The position numbers and the translations under genes are program-made. From an uncultured Candidatus Saccharibacteria bacterium (GTDB lineage Bacteria > Patescibacteriota > Saccharimonadia > Saccharimonadales > Saccharimonadaceae), in NCBI GenBank assembly GCA_963535375.1, contig CAUSVT010000004.1, positions 41,719 to 105,718 on the forward strand: 64,000 bases of DNA, given 5' to 3'. This document shows positions 33,098-42,389 of this stretch, one piece after another; the first letter of the stretch is position 1; each line of letters starts with the position of its first letter. The notes below the pieces were generated by a model. That model saw nothing but the letters and a program-made list of their open reading frames with translations, had not been told where the DNA came from and did no database searches.

Positions 33098-33903
33098 ATG
33101 GATAGCTATACGGTGGGCACTGTAGTCATCTTTTGTTCAATTACATGGATCATCGCCAGTCCTTTTGTAGTGTTTTATTATCATAAACGATATATCACAG
33201 CCTACCGGGAGCTAGAGGAATTACGCCGGGAAGTATCGCCCGCAGTAGATATCCAGTCAACCCAAATGTCCGCTTCGGAAGGGGCACAATCAACGAACAA
33301 GCAGCCCATTACCGAGAACAGGTCTAATCCAGTCACACCACTCAGCGACCATGAACTGCTCACCAAAATTCGCTCCATGTCGCCGTATGATTTCGAAAAA
33401 TACATCGCTCAATTATTTGAACATTTTGGCTATTCGGCTGCAACCACTCCGTATAAACGCGACGGTGGCATCGACATTGTATTATACAAAAACGGCGTCC
33501 AAAGTTATGTCCAATGTAAAAGTATATTAAACAAATTGTCAAAGTATCCGAAGTGCGTGATTTTTATGGTGCAGTTGTTGATCATTTACACGGAGGTGAA
33601 GCATTCTTTGTCACGACAAATATCTTCTCATCGGACGCGCGAAGATTTGTAAAATATTCTACCAATGGCAACAAAATACGGCTTATTGATAACACGGGAC
33701 TACTTACCATCATTCGCGCCCTTGAAGATAAAGGTGTCGTAATACCAATTCCTGACGTATCAGACATATCTCAAAAAATTAAACCATGCCCACGCTGTCG
33801 TGGCGGTCATCTGGTGATAAGACACAGCAAAAATAATCATTCACCATTCTACGGATGCTCGAATTATCCCGAATGTCGATACATGCAAAAGATAAATTCT
33901 TAG
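33098..33903 (+). pseudogene. Membrane-anchored Mrr-type restriction endonuclease with a C-terminal topoisomerase-like zinc ribbon, interrupted by a -1 frameshift
   Basis: ORFs 33098..33652 and 33553..33903 join through the A4 run at 33518-33521. Stepping back 1 nt there reads VQCK-KYIKQIVKVSEVRDFYGAVV. It has the Mrr_cat motifs SPYDFEKYIAQLF and DGGIDIV, and the zinc ribbon CPRC...CSNYPEC. Confidence 0.7.
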
Positions 33904-34931
33904 ATAGTTTCGGTAGTTTTTGGGCTATTATTGCCACGTGGATTGTGCTCGGCTACCTTACGCAGATCTTCATGGGTATCAAATTCATCATTAATTTTCT
34001 TTCCTAAAAGCGCTTCCAAAGCATCTTCCAGGCTTAACAGTCCAACTGTTTCACGGTACTGGTTGATCACGATGAATAGATGGTGTCTGGTTTTGATAAA
34101 GGCAGCCAAAGCTTGCTGCAACGATTGGTCTTCTCGAATGTAAAACACAGCGTGCTCCATAGCATCAGTAACGTGGTGCGCTTTTTGCGACTTTTTGGCG
34201 TTACCGATGGTCACCAAATCTTGCACATACAGCATACCCACAACATGATCAATATCCCCATCAATCACCGGAAAACGACTGTGCCCTGTTTGATACAGCC
34301 CATCCAGAACGATGGGACCTAGTACTTCATCTTTACCTATGCTATCAATCATAGTACGTGGAATCATGGCGTCAGTGACTTTCATGTCCTTGAACTTGAG
34401 ACTATTGGTGATAAGCTTTTTTTCGTCCTTGGACAATGCATCACCAGCGTTCTTGACTATCTCGAGCAGCTCCTCACGCGATTCAACATCCAATTCACTA
34501 CTTTGTGACGGTACAACAGAACGGATCGCCCAAAATACAACTGAATACTTTTCAATGCAGCGAATGATTGCTCCTTCATACCGTTCATAGATGCGCTGTG
34601 AAAATTTTTGTAGCGGCGACAAGCGAGCCACGGCGCCCGAATAAAGCGCGATGACTAACGACACCAAAAAACCAACTAGCCAGTGAAACAACTCCACACC
34701 GATGACACTGAGCGACACCAATAATAATGCCGTGATCACCCGCTGCAACGAAAATAAATCAGCCAAGTAGGTGCGGCGTTTCAGTAGTAATTTTGCTTCC
34801 TCGTCACCCTGGTGCGCCCGACGTTTCAATTCAAATTGGCTATGTGACGAGAGCTGTGGATGCACCCCTAGTACCAATATCAAAATGACGATAATCAATC
34901 CATATATAACACTTAACAGCAATACACTCAT
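33900..34931 (-). CDS. CNNM/CorC-type transporter (DUF21 TM domain plus CBS pair)
   Basis: The N-terminal TM region is followed by the CBS region MIPRTMIDSI...FPVIDGDIDHVVGMLYVQDL. Confidence 0.75.
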   Translation of the reverse strand: MSVLLLSVIYGLIIVILILVLGVHPQLSSHSQFELKRRAHQGDEEAKLLLKRRTYLADLFSLQRVITALLLVSLSVIGVELFHWLVGFLVSLVIALYSGAVARLSPLQKFSQRIYERYEGAIIRCIEKYSVVFWAIRSVVPSQSSELDVESREELLEIVKNAGDALSKDEKKLITNSLKFKDMKVTDAMIPRTMIDSIGKDEVLGPIVLDGLYQTGHSRFPVIDGDIDHVVGMLYVQDLVTIGNAKKSQKAHHVTDAMEHAVFYIREDQSLQQALAAFIKTRHHLFIVINQYRETVGLLSLEDALEALLGKKINDEFDTHEDLRKVAEHNPRGNNSPKTTETI

Positions 34932-34988
34932 GGTTTTATTTTACCTGATTTTATGCTATTATTGCTAGAGTTAATTTGGAGGACAAGA

Positions 34989-35684
34989 ATGAACGGAAAA
35001 ACCTGGGGCGTATTTATCGCAATCGTGGTGACGATACTTGGTGGCATGGTATACCTGTCAGTAACACACCGCTTAGATATTAGCGATATCGCCAAAGATC
35101 AACTCACAAAAATCATCCCTGCTGAAAAGCGTAATGGCGACATTCAGGAGCACACATTTGGGGCTGACAAGCCTAAAGTTACGATTATTGAATACGGTGA
35201 TTATCAATGCCCGGGTTGTCGCACTGTTGCACCGCGCATTAAATCAGCTGTCGAAAAGCACAAAGATAATGTGCAATTGATCTTCCGCAACTTCCCACTG
35301 TCTGGTCACACTCACGCTCGCCTAGCAGCGTCAGTAGCTGAGGCGGCAGGCTTGCAAGGTAAATACTGGGAAATGCACGATTTACTCTACGAAAACCAAG
35401 ACGCGTGGAGCAATGCCCAAAATCACAAACGCAACGATATCTTCATGGGCTATGCCAAGCAGCTTAAACTCGATGAATCACGCTTTGCCAATGACCTAAC
35501 AAGCGACCGCGTATTGCAAAAAATTAGTTTCGACACTGCCGTTAGCCGTGCACACGAAATTACTGCTACACCAACCATATTCATCAATGGCAAAAAGGTA
35601 GAAGACCTCAACAGTATTGACGCTGAGGTAGAAAACGCGCTCAAGGCAGCAGGTGTTTCTACTGAGGAAAAGAAGGCTGAGTAG
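34989..35684 (+). CDS. DsbA-family thiol:disulfide oxidoreductase, membrane-anchored
   Basis: It has a TM anchor, the active site YGDYQCPGCR, and the SD GGAGGA. Confidence 0.8.
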   Translation: MNGKTWGVFIAIVVTILGGMVYLSVTHRLDISDIAKDQLTKIIPAEKRNGDIQEHTFGADKPKVTIIEYGDYQCPGCRTVAPRIKSAVEKHKDNVQLIFRNFPLSGHTHARLAASVAEAAGLQGKYWEMHDLLYENQDAWSNAQNHKRNDIFMGYAKQLKLDESRFANDLTSDRVLQKISFDTAVSRAHEITATPTIFINGKKVEDLNSIDAEVENALKAAGVSTEEKKAE

Positions 35685-35702
35685 ATTACCGTAAATCAAT
35701 CT

Positions 35703-35735
35703 AAAACCGCCCGGGTTTAGCGCTCGGGCGGTTTT
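35703..35735. terminator. Bidirectional rho-independent terminator
   Basis: AAAACCGCCCG-N11-CGGGCGGTTTT has A/T runs on both sides. Confidence 0.8.
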
Positions 35736-35742
35736 AGATATG

Positions 35743-35835
35743 TTATTGTGCTATGTATGTTTGCCATTCGGCAGGCACTACATCCACTGCGATCTTTTTG
35801 CGTCGTGATGACACAAAATTGATTGCTATCGGCAT
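35743..35835 (-). CDS. Candidate 30-aa small ORF, or part of an sRNA
   Basis: MPIAINFVSSRRKKIAVDVVPAEWQTYIAQ is preceded by AAGGAG 9 nt upstream. It lies between its own promoter and the terminator. Confidence 0.3.
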   Translation of the reverse strand: MPIAINFVSSRRKKIAVDVVPAEWQTYIAQ

Positions 35836-35928
35836 GTATTTGTACTCCTTCGTACTAAATGCAGCCTCACGCGCTTCGACCTTTATTACAAACCGCAACT
35901 CAATGCTTCGGCGCGAGACACGTCAACC

Positions 35929-35957
35929 ATAGTACCAAAGGAAATATAGCACGTCAA
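35929..35957 (-). promoter_or_regulatory. Sigma70-type promoter of the orphan leader / small ORF unit
   Basis: On the minus strand, TTGACG (35952-35957) is followed by 17 nt and TACTAT (35929-35934). Confidence 0.55.
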
Positions 35958-35988
35958 GTGCTTACTCCCTACTTTATTACTTTTAATT

Positions 35989-36912
35989 TTAGAATAAGCG
36001 GAATCGCTTGGCAAGTAGTAATGTTAGTAAAATTAACAACAGTGTAATACCCATGATGGCAGCGTACGCCCACCACTCGCCCTGAAATGGCAATCCGATA
36101 TTCATGCCATACATACCGTAAAACACATTTGGTACCGCTAGTAGAATAGTGATAGTCGTCAGCACCTTCATGCGCTGGTTCAGAGTATTGTTAGCAATAG
36201 TTGAATAAGCGTTTTGGATACTGTCAATCGTTTGGGCACTCGAACCAATAGCCACTAATAATTGGCGGGCATGCAATATAATATCCCCAAAAGCTTCAAT
36301 ATCACGCAGATTAAACAACTGCCGACGATTTGCCTCCAGCTGCCCAACAACCGTCACCAAGCCCTCCAAACCACTTCGATATTCATTGAGGCTATCTTCA
36401 ATAGCGACGAACTCAACAAAGTCCTCGTTTTGGACATCAAAATGCGTGAGCCGCTTGCGAGCGCTGGTAATTTTGGTCGACAGCGCATGGAGCCGCTGCT
36501 CGTATTCAGTGATGATGGAGGCGATGACAGCAGACACTACCGCAGAGGGCTGACGCGTGTCAGTAGTCATAAAAGCATCGGTATCTAACGGCGAAAAAGA
36601 AGTGTGCGGACTGGCAGTTACGAGCCGATCACGCGACACTGCGATGAGTATCGGGGCGGTTTTGGCGGCATCAGCCGGACCAACTGGCAAACGCAAGAAA
36701 ATGTATTCTACACCATTGCTAAACTCTGCTCGTGACAACTCACGGACATCACAAACGTCACGCAGGATATTTGCATTCAATAAGAGCTTGTCTGACAAGT
36801 CGTCCATATCCAGCAATTTACCAGATATATGCACCCACGCATGAGAGCGAGGACGACTTACCTTTTCTAGACGCTCACCCGCCGCTGATCGCTCAAAGTA
36901 TTCCACCACCAT
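35989..36912 (-). CDS. corA: CorA-family magnesium/cobalt transporter
   Basis: The C-terminus has YGMYGMNIGLPF (the GMN motif) and two TM segments. TATAAT lies 8 nt upstream of the ATG. Confidence 0.85.
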   Translation of the reverse strand: MVVEYFERSAAGERLEKVSRPRSHAWVHISGKLLDMDDLSDKLLLNANILRDVCDVRELSRAEFSNGVEYIFLRLPVGPADAAKTAPILIAVSRDRLVTASPHTSFSPLDTDAFMTTDTRQPSAVVSAVIASIITEYEQRLHALSTKITSARKRLTHFDVQNEDFVEFVAIEDSLNEYRSGLEGLVTVVGQLEANRRQLFNLRDIEAFGDIILHARQLLVAIGSSAQTIDSIQNAYSTIANNTLNQRMKVLTTITILLAVPNVFYGMYGMNIGLPFQGEWWAYAAIMGITLLLILLTLLLAKRFRLF

Positions 36913-36959
36913 ATACTTTGATTATACGAAAAAAGGCTATGTTTTGCTACTAGCAGTAG

Positions 36960-38075
36960 TTATTCCCAGCGGAACAGTTTAATAGCCAAGGTGTAGACGA
37001 TGACGATACACAACAGAACTCCACCAAACTGCGGCAGAACTTCTGTCAGGCTTGCGTGTTCTGTTGATATCAATCGAAGGCCATCAACGACGGGAGTCAT
37101 CGGGATACATTGACTAATAGACCTAAGCCACTCTGGGAACAAGAATGACGGGAAGAAAGCACCAGACAAGAACATCATCGGGAAAGAGATAAGATTTGAG
37201 AGTGGCGCTGACTGATTTTCGTTTTTAGCCCACGCACCAACGATCAATCCAAGGCCAACCATCATCACGGCAGCCAATGTCAAGAATGGCACAAACAACA
37301 ACCAGTCGCCACGCATCGTAAATTTAAACAGCAGCATACTGACAACCAGCATCAAGGTAGCGCTTGCCAAAGACACCAAGGTGTAGACGATAGCCGTAGA
37401 AATAATGAGCTGGCCAGAAGTAAACGGTGCAGCCCGCAGGCGACGATAGTTGCCTTTTTGCTTCTCGGTTGGCATTTGGTTTGCCAGACCGAAGATACCC
37501 ATACTCATCAAGCTAAACGCCAATAGCCCAGTGAAGGTGTAATCAAACGTTTTCAGAGCTTCATCGCCAACCGCCTGTGAAGCTACCTTAAACGGTGGCT
37601 CTGGCTGACCCATGGCTTTATTGATACTACCAACAATCTGACCCATCACAGCAGTCAGCGCACTAGCAGCCTGATCTTGCCCTTTAGCGTGCAGCACGTT
37701 CAGCGTGCCAGACGGGCGAGCTTTTGCGCCTTCACCTTTGACTTCACCAAACTCTTTTGGTAGCTCAATGATACCGTCAATTTCCGAACGCTTCATCTTT
37801 TCCTTGGCATCATCAATGTTTTTCACGTCCTGAACCTGCAGTAATTTTGACTTGTCATTTTTTGCACCATCGACAAACTGCTTGGCGAACTCAGTGTTGG
37901 AGTGGTTAATGATGGCAACCTTGAAATTGGTCGTCTGATTGTTAAAAATCGAACCAAACACAAACAAAAAAATCAGCGGGAACAAAAAGGTGAAAAACAA
38001 TGCCATTTTGTCACGCAGCAAACGCTTAAGACCAGCTACGACCTGACCAATGATACCTATCCAATATTTTTTCAT
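36960..38075 (-). CDS. ABC-2 type transporter permease
   Basis: It has one N-terminal TM segment, a large extracytoplasmic loop and a C-terminal cluster of 5 TM segments. I placed the start at MKKYWIG, 4 nt after the ATPase stop. Confidence 0.75.
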   Translation of the reverse strand: MKKYWIGIIGQVVAGLKRLLRDKMALFFTFLFPLIFLFVFGSIFNNQTTNFKVAIINHSNTEFAKQFVDGAKNDKSKLLQVQDVKNIDDAKEKMKRSEIDGIIELPKEFGEVKGEGAKARPSGTLNVLHAKGQDQAASALTAVMGQIVGSINKAMGQPEPPFKVASQAVGDEALKTFDYTFTGLLAFSLMSMGIFGLANQMPTEKQKGNYRRLRAAPFTSGQLIISTAIVYTLVSLASATLMLVVSMLLFKFTMRGDWLLFVPFLTLAAVMMVGLGLIVGAWAKNENQSAPLSNLISFPMMFLSGAFFPSFLFPEWLRSISQCIPMTPVVDGLRLISTEHASLTEVLPQFGGVLLCIVIVYTLAIKLFRWE

Positions 38076-38079
38076 ACCG

Positions 38080-38835
38080 CTAATCCCGTATCGCCTTTCC
38101 TGTAAGATCAATGAAAACGTCTTCCAAATTTGCTTGTTCAACCACCTGCTTTTTCTTAAAGCCGCGCTTGAGTAACTGTTGAATCAAGTTATGTGGCGAA
38201 TCGGTGGTGATGATTTGACCATTATCCATGATTGCCAACCGATCACATAGCAATTCGGCCTCATCCATGTAGTGTGTTGTCAGCACGATAGTAACGCCCT
38301 CTTCGCGTATTTGCTTGATCAGCTCCCATAAGTTGCGACGCGCTTGTGGATCCAAACCAGTGGTTGGCTCGTCCAGAAACAAAACTTTTGGACTATTGAC
38401 CAAGGTCGAAGCGATGGCGAAGCGCTGTTTTTGTCCGCCAGACAACTGTTCGACATAGTTTCTAGCTTTTTCTGTGAGTTGGACTTTAGCTAGTAGCGCA
38501 GCCACGTCAACTTTACTACCATACAAACTGGCAAACATTCTCAATTGCTCAGTTAATGTCAAGTGATCATAAAAGTTGGTCGACTGCAGCTGAATACCAA
38601 TGATGTCTTTGATCTTCTTGGGATGTTTAGCTACGTCAATACCATCAATGACAGCTGTACCGTCATCGATAGTGCGCAACGCCTCCAGCATTTCTAGCGT
38701 TGTTGTTTTACCAGCACCATTGGGACCCAAAATACCGAATATTTCGCCCTTTTCGACACTGAAATCTATGCCTTTTACCACTGTTTGATCGCCGTAGCGT
38801 TTGGTCAAACCGTGGACGTCAATAATGTTACTCAT
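38080..38835 (-). CDS. ABC transporter ATP-binding protein (ABC-2/DrrA-like)
   Basis: It has Walker A GPNGAGKTT, the signature LSGGQKQR and Walker B LFLDEP. Confidence 0.9.
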   Translation of the reverse strand: MSNIIDVHGLTKRYGDQTVVKGIDFSVEKGEIFGILGPNGAGKTTTLEMLEALRTIDDGTAVIDGIDVAKHPKKIKDIIGIQLQSTNFYDHLTLTEQLRMFASLYGSKVDVAALLAKVQLTEKARNYVEQLSGGQKQRFAIASTLVNSPKVLFLDEPTTGLDPQARRNLWELIKQIREEGVTIVLTTHYMDEAELLCDRLAIMDNGQIITTDSPHNLIQQLLKRGFKKKQVVEQANLEDVFIDLTGKAIRD

Positions 38836-38841
38836 ACTTCC

Positions 38842-38850
38842 AGTATAGCA
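38842..38850 (-). promoter_or_regulatory. Extended -10 box (TGCTATACT) 6 nt upstream of the ABC ATPase ATG
   Basis: The minus strand reads TGCTATACTggaagtATG. Confidence 0.6.
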
Positions 38851-38888
38851 TTAATCAAGAAATAGGGTTATTGACTTTTGGGTGAGTA

Positions 38889-39800
38889 TCAGCGGCGGCG
38901 CAAGAAATAATAGCCAATCAACAATGCCGCCACAGCGCTGACGCCGGTGATTTTCCAAAACATTGCTGGGTCGTCGCCGCCGGGAACTGGCACATTCATA
39001 CCAAATAGCCCAGCAATCATGGTCGGTATAGTGAGCGCCACCGTGATGACAGTCAGCAGCCGAATGGTTTCGTTTAGGCGCGTATCCATCACTGCGCGGT
39101 AGCTGTCACGCACATTGGTGATGGTACGCAGCAACGATTTACAGCGACTGATCACCTGCTCCAAATCAATGGAAATATCTTCAACATCTTCCTTGGCATC
39201 CGACCGAAGCATCAACGCTTTGTGAGCAATCATTCGCTCCACTGACAAGTTCATCGGCACCAAGGCGTCCATATAATCATTCAATTTGCGCTCATATTCG
39301 GCCAGCGTGGCAATATCGCGCGCCCGCAAGGTGCGAATGTCGCCAGTCGCCGCCCGCATTTGGCGGTTGATGGCAGCCACCCGGCGCTGATATTGTGTTG
39401 CTAGTGCGTCGATCATATCAACCAGCAGGGCAATTCGACTTGACGTGGATACCACATGTTTATCAATGAACGGCTGCCACAATCTACCTAGGCTGTCTCG
39501 CGAAATGGTGATAATATAATCCGCATGAATCACAAACAAAATTGGGGTAGTAAAGTCATTAAAATCATCGTCAGTATCCGGTAATCGGGCAATCAAATAT
39601 GTCCGCTCATTGTCCGCGTCCAAACGAGGAACCTCGTGGGGGTCCAGTGCGTCGGTGATGATATCAGCATCAATCCCTAGTGATAACAACTGGGAAATCT
39701 CCTCTTCATTTGGCCGCTCACAACGAATCCAAGAGCCCTTAACTAAGTTCTCTCTGATGGTAAGCTTGCCAGAATCGTCAGATTTAAGATACTGCAACAT
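38889..39800 (-). CDS. corA: CorA-family magnesium transporter (second paralog)
   Basis: It has GLFGMNVPVPG (the GMN motif) and two C-terminal TM segments. Confidence 0.85.
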   Translation of the reverse strand: MLQYLKSDDSGKLTIRENLVKGSWIRCERPNEEEISQLLSLGIDADIITDALDPHEVPRLDADNERTYLIARLPDTDDDFNDFTTPILFVIHADYIITISRDSLGRLWQPFIDKHVVSTSSRIALLVDMIDALATQYQRRVAAINRQMRAATGDIRTLRARDIATLAEYERKLNDYMDALVPMNLSVERMIAHKALMLRSDAKEDVEDISIDLEQVISRCKSLLRTITNVRDSYRAVMDTRLNETIRLLTVITVALTIPTMIAGLFGMNVPVPGGDDPAMFWKITGVSAVAALLIGYYFLRRR

Positions 39801-39845
39801 ACCTGTTATTTATATCATGAAAATTAGATAAAAGCAATGGCTTGG

Positions 39846-40799
39846 CTATGAAACAATCCGTGTACCCGCTGTCCCGTCGATAGCCTCGGTGGTTTTTTCC
39901 AATGAGGTAATGACTGCGGTACGACCCTCGCCACCTGACACAAATTGTAAGGCTGCTTGCGCCTTTGGCAGCATGGATCCAGCTGCAAACTGACCATCGT
40001 CAATGTGTTTTTGCATCTCTTCTGCAGAGATTTGCCCCAAGGCTTCTTCGTTTGGCTGGTTGAAATTAACCTTGGCGGCATCAACCGAAGTCAAGATGAG
40101 CAGTGTATCTGCATGCAGCAAATTAGCCAAGGTTGCCGCCCCAAAGTCTTTATCGATAACTGCTTCAACACCCGTGAGCGTGCCGTCTTCCTGGCGCAAC
40201 ACAGGGATACCGCCACCACCAGTTGACACCACCAGAACACCCGCTTCAACCAAGGCTTTGATGATCGGCGCCTCAACAATTTCTACTGGTTTTGGTGATG
40301 GCACCACACGACGCCAACCACGACCAGCGTCTTCCTTAACAACATAGCCACGCTCAGCCTGCACTACTTTGGCTTCTTCTTCTGAATAGAAGGGGCCAAT
40401 TGGCTTCGTTGGGTTTTGGAACGCTGCATCATCCCCAGAGACAATGGTCTGCGTCACCAAACTAACGGCATGTTTGTCAGTCATCTGATGAGCCCTGAAG
40501 CTGTCTTGAAAGGCTTGCTGCAACCAAAAGCCGATCAGACCTTGGCTCATAGCCCCACAATCATCCAGTGGTAAGCTCGGTACATCATCAGTATTAACAG
40601 CCTCTTCATGCAAGACAATGTTTCCCACCTGGGGACCGTTGCCATGAACGATAGCTATTCTATGTCCTGCTTGAACAAGTGGTAATAACTGTCGTATCGT
40701 CTCAGCCGCTACTCGGCGCTGTGCTTCTGAAGAGGCTTCGCCCTGCTTCTGCAGGGCGTTACCTCCAAGAGCAACGACAATAGTTCGCTGCTTATCCAT
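39846..40799 (-). CDS. arcC: Carbamate kinase
   Basis: It has VVALGGNAL and IVHGNGPQVG motifs. 317 aa. Confidence 0.92.
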   Translation of the reverse strand: MDKQRTIVVALGGNALQKQGEASSEAQRRVAAETIRQLLPLVQAGHRIAIVHGNGPQVGNIVLHEEAVNTDDVPSLPLDDCGAMSQGLIGFWLQQAFQDSFRAHQMTDKHAVSLVTQTIVSGDDAAFQNPTKPIGPFYSEEEAKVVQAERGYVVKEDAGRGWRRVVPSPKPVEIVEAPIIKALVEAGVLVVSTGGGGIPVLRQEDGTLTGVEAVIDKDFGAATLANLLHADTLLILTSVDAAKVNFNQPNEEALGQISAEEMQKHIDDGQFAAGSMLPKAQAALQFVSGGEGRTAVITSLEKTTEAIDGTAGTRIVS

Positions 40800-40802
40800 A
40801 GG

Positions 40803-42350
40803 CTATCCTAATACTCCAAAGGCAGCGATGACCGCAACGCTGATGATTGCGAAAACTGCCATGATTGGTGCTGAACGTCGCAGCCATGCGCGGTATGAGA
40901 CACCAGCCAGCGCCAAACCACCCATCAAGGAAGCGATGGTTGGTGCCATCATGTTAAGCAAACCTGATGCTGTAGCAAAGGCTGCCACCATGACTTCTTT
41001 GCTTGAGCCAACCAGATCAGCAATCGGCGCAATAACTGGCATAGTTGCTGCTGCCAAACCTGATGATGATGGCACGATGAATGACATTGGCAAGTAGAAC
41101 AGATACGCCAGCACACCAACAACGCCACCGCCAGCATCTTTCAACAACGCTTCACCCCAGCTAATGATAGTATCTTGGATTTCACCGTTAGTCATTACTA
41201 CAGACACTCCCGTTGCTACTGCAATAATCAAAGCAACTGGTAAGATATCTTTCACGCCGTCAATGAAGGTATCAACTGGGAAAATACCTTCTTTCTTAAA
41301 CTCTTTATAGTAAATTGCGGTAATAACAATTGTTGAGATTAAGAATAGTGCGGTAATTTCATTAAAGTACCAATCACCAAAGGCCGCACTGTGCACTACG
41401 CCAAGTACTGCACCGATAATTGGCAACTCTGAAGCCCACTTAAATAGGTCAGTGAATACTGTGATCTCCCAACTTCCCCAAGGAATCAGCGAAAGAACCA
41501 TCAAGACAAATGTAATAGCGAAGACGCCCATGACGACTTTTCGTGGGCCAGTAAATTTCGGTACGTTCGTCATATCCAAGGCTGCTGTGACTGGCTTATA
41601 ACGAACATCTTCCTTGTACTTGCCTGCTTTTACCTTTGCTGCGTAACGCATAGTAAAGATGATTGCCGCGATCAAACATAGCACCAAAATGATAGACATA
41701 ATTGGAATAACATTGCCCAATTTAACATCAGCAGTCTTTGCGGCAACACCGGTGGAGAATGGGTTAATAGTCGAACCAAGCACACCAGCACCAGCACCCA
41801 ACACAATGATCATCACACCAGTCATTGCGTTATAGCCGGCAGCGATCATCATCGGAATAACTAGCGCGTAAAACGCCACAGTTTCTTCCTGCATACCGTA
41901 AGTTGTACCACCGATAGCAAACAACGTCATTAAGATTGGAATGAGCCATTTTTCTTTGCCCTTCATCTTACGAAGTAGCGCACCGAGTGAAGCATCCAGG
42001 GCGCCAGTCTTCATGGTAACACCCAAGAATCCACCAAGTACCATAACGAAGACTATAACGTCTAGCTTATCGGACATACCTTTAATGGGTGCTGTGAAGA
42101 CGTCCCATAAGCCTTGCCGGTCATGCTTGTCAACTTTCTCTTCTTTACCGTCCTTTTCTTCAGTGACGGTGCGGTCTTTTTCAACCACATGATACGATCC
42201 CGCAACACGGTTACCATCGTCATCAGTCTTATAGACGCCCGACGGAATAATCCATGTCAACGCTGCCATGATCGCAATCACGACAAACAAAATCGTAAAC
42301 GCCGATGGCGATCGAAGCTTCTGCTTTGCTTTTTTAATTTTTTCTACCAT
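40803..42350 (-). CDS. arcD: ArcD-family (YfcC/DcuC-fold) putative arginine/ornithine antiporter
   Basis: 515 aa and polytopic. It is embedded between arcB and arcC. The YfcC-type N-terminus reads PSAFTILFVVIAIMAALTWIIPSG. Confidence 0.75.
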   Translation of the reverse strand: MVEKIKKAKQKLRSPSAFTILFVVIAIMAALTWIIPSGVYKTDDDGNRVAGSYHVVEKDRTVTEEKDGKEEKVDKHDRQGLWDVFTAPIKGMSDKLDVIVFVMVLGGFLGVTMKTGALDASLGALLRKMKGKEKWLIPILMTLFAIGGTTYGMQEETVAFYALVIPMMIAAGYNAMTGVMIIVLGAGAGVLGSTINPFSTGVAAKTADVKLGNVIPIMSIILVLCLIAAIIFTMRYAAKVKAGKYKEDVRYKPVTAALDMTNVPKFTGPRKVVMGVFAITFVLMVLSLIPWGSWEITVFTDLFKWASELPIIGAVLGVVHSAAFGDWYFNEITALFLISTIVITAIYYKEFKKEGIFPVDTFIDGVKDILPVALIIAVATGVSVVMTNGEIQDTIISWGEALLKDAGGGVVGVLAYLFYLPMSFIVPSSSGLAAATMPVIAPIADLVGSSKEVMVAAFATASGLLNMMAPTIASLMGGLALAGVSYRAWLRRSAPIMAVFAIISVAVIAAFGVLG

Positions 42351-42389
42351 TGCCTCGGAGCCTCCTTCACTCCCTTATTACGACAACTA

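Noticed and set aside
35836-35988. An M-box or other Mg/Mn riboswitch next to corA, or SRP/6S RNA in the corA-dsbA gap.
   Set aside because: The element lies downstream of corA, not upstream. I could not find the conserved SRP domain IV (GGAA/AGCA) or M-box core sequences by eye. It is reported only as an unclassified leader / small ORF unit.
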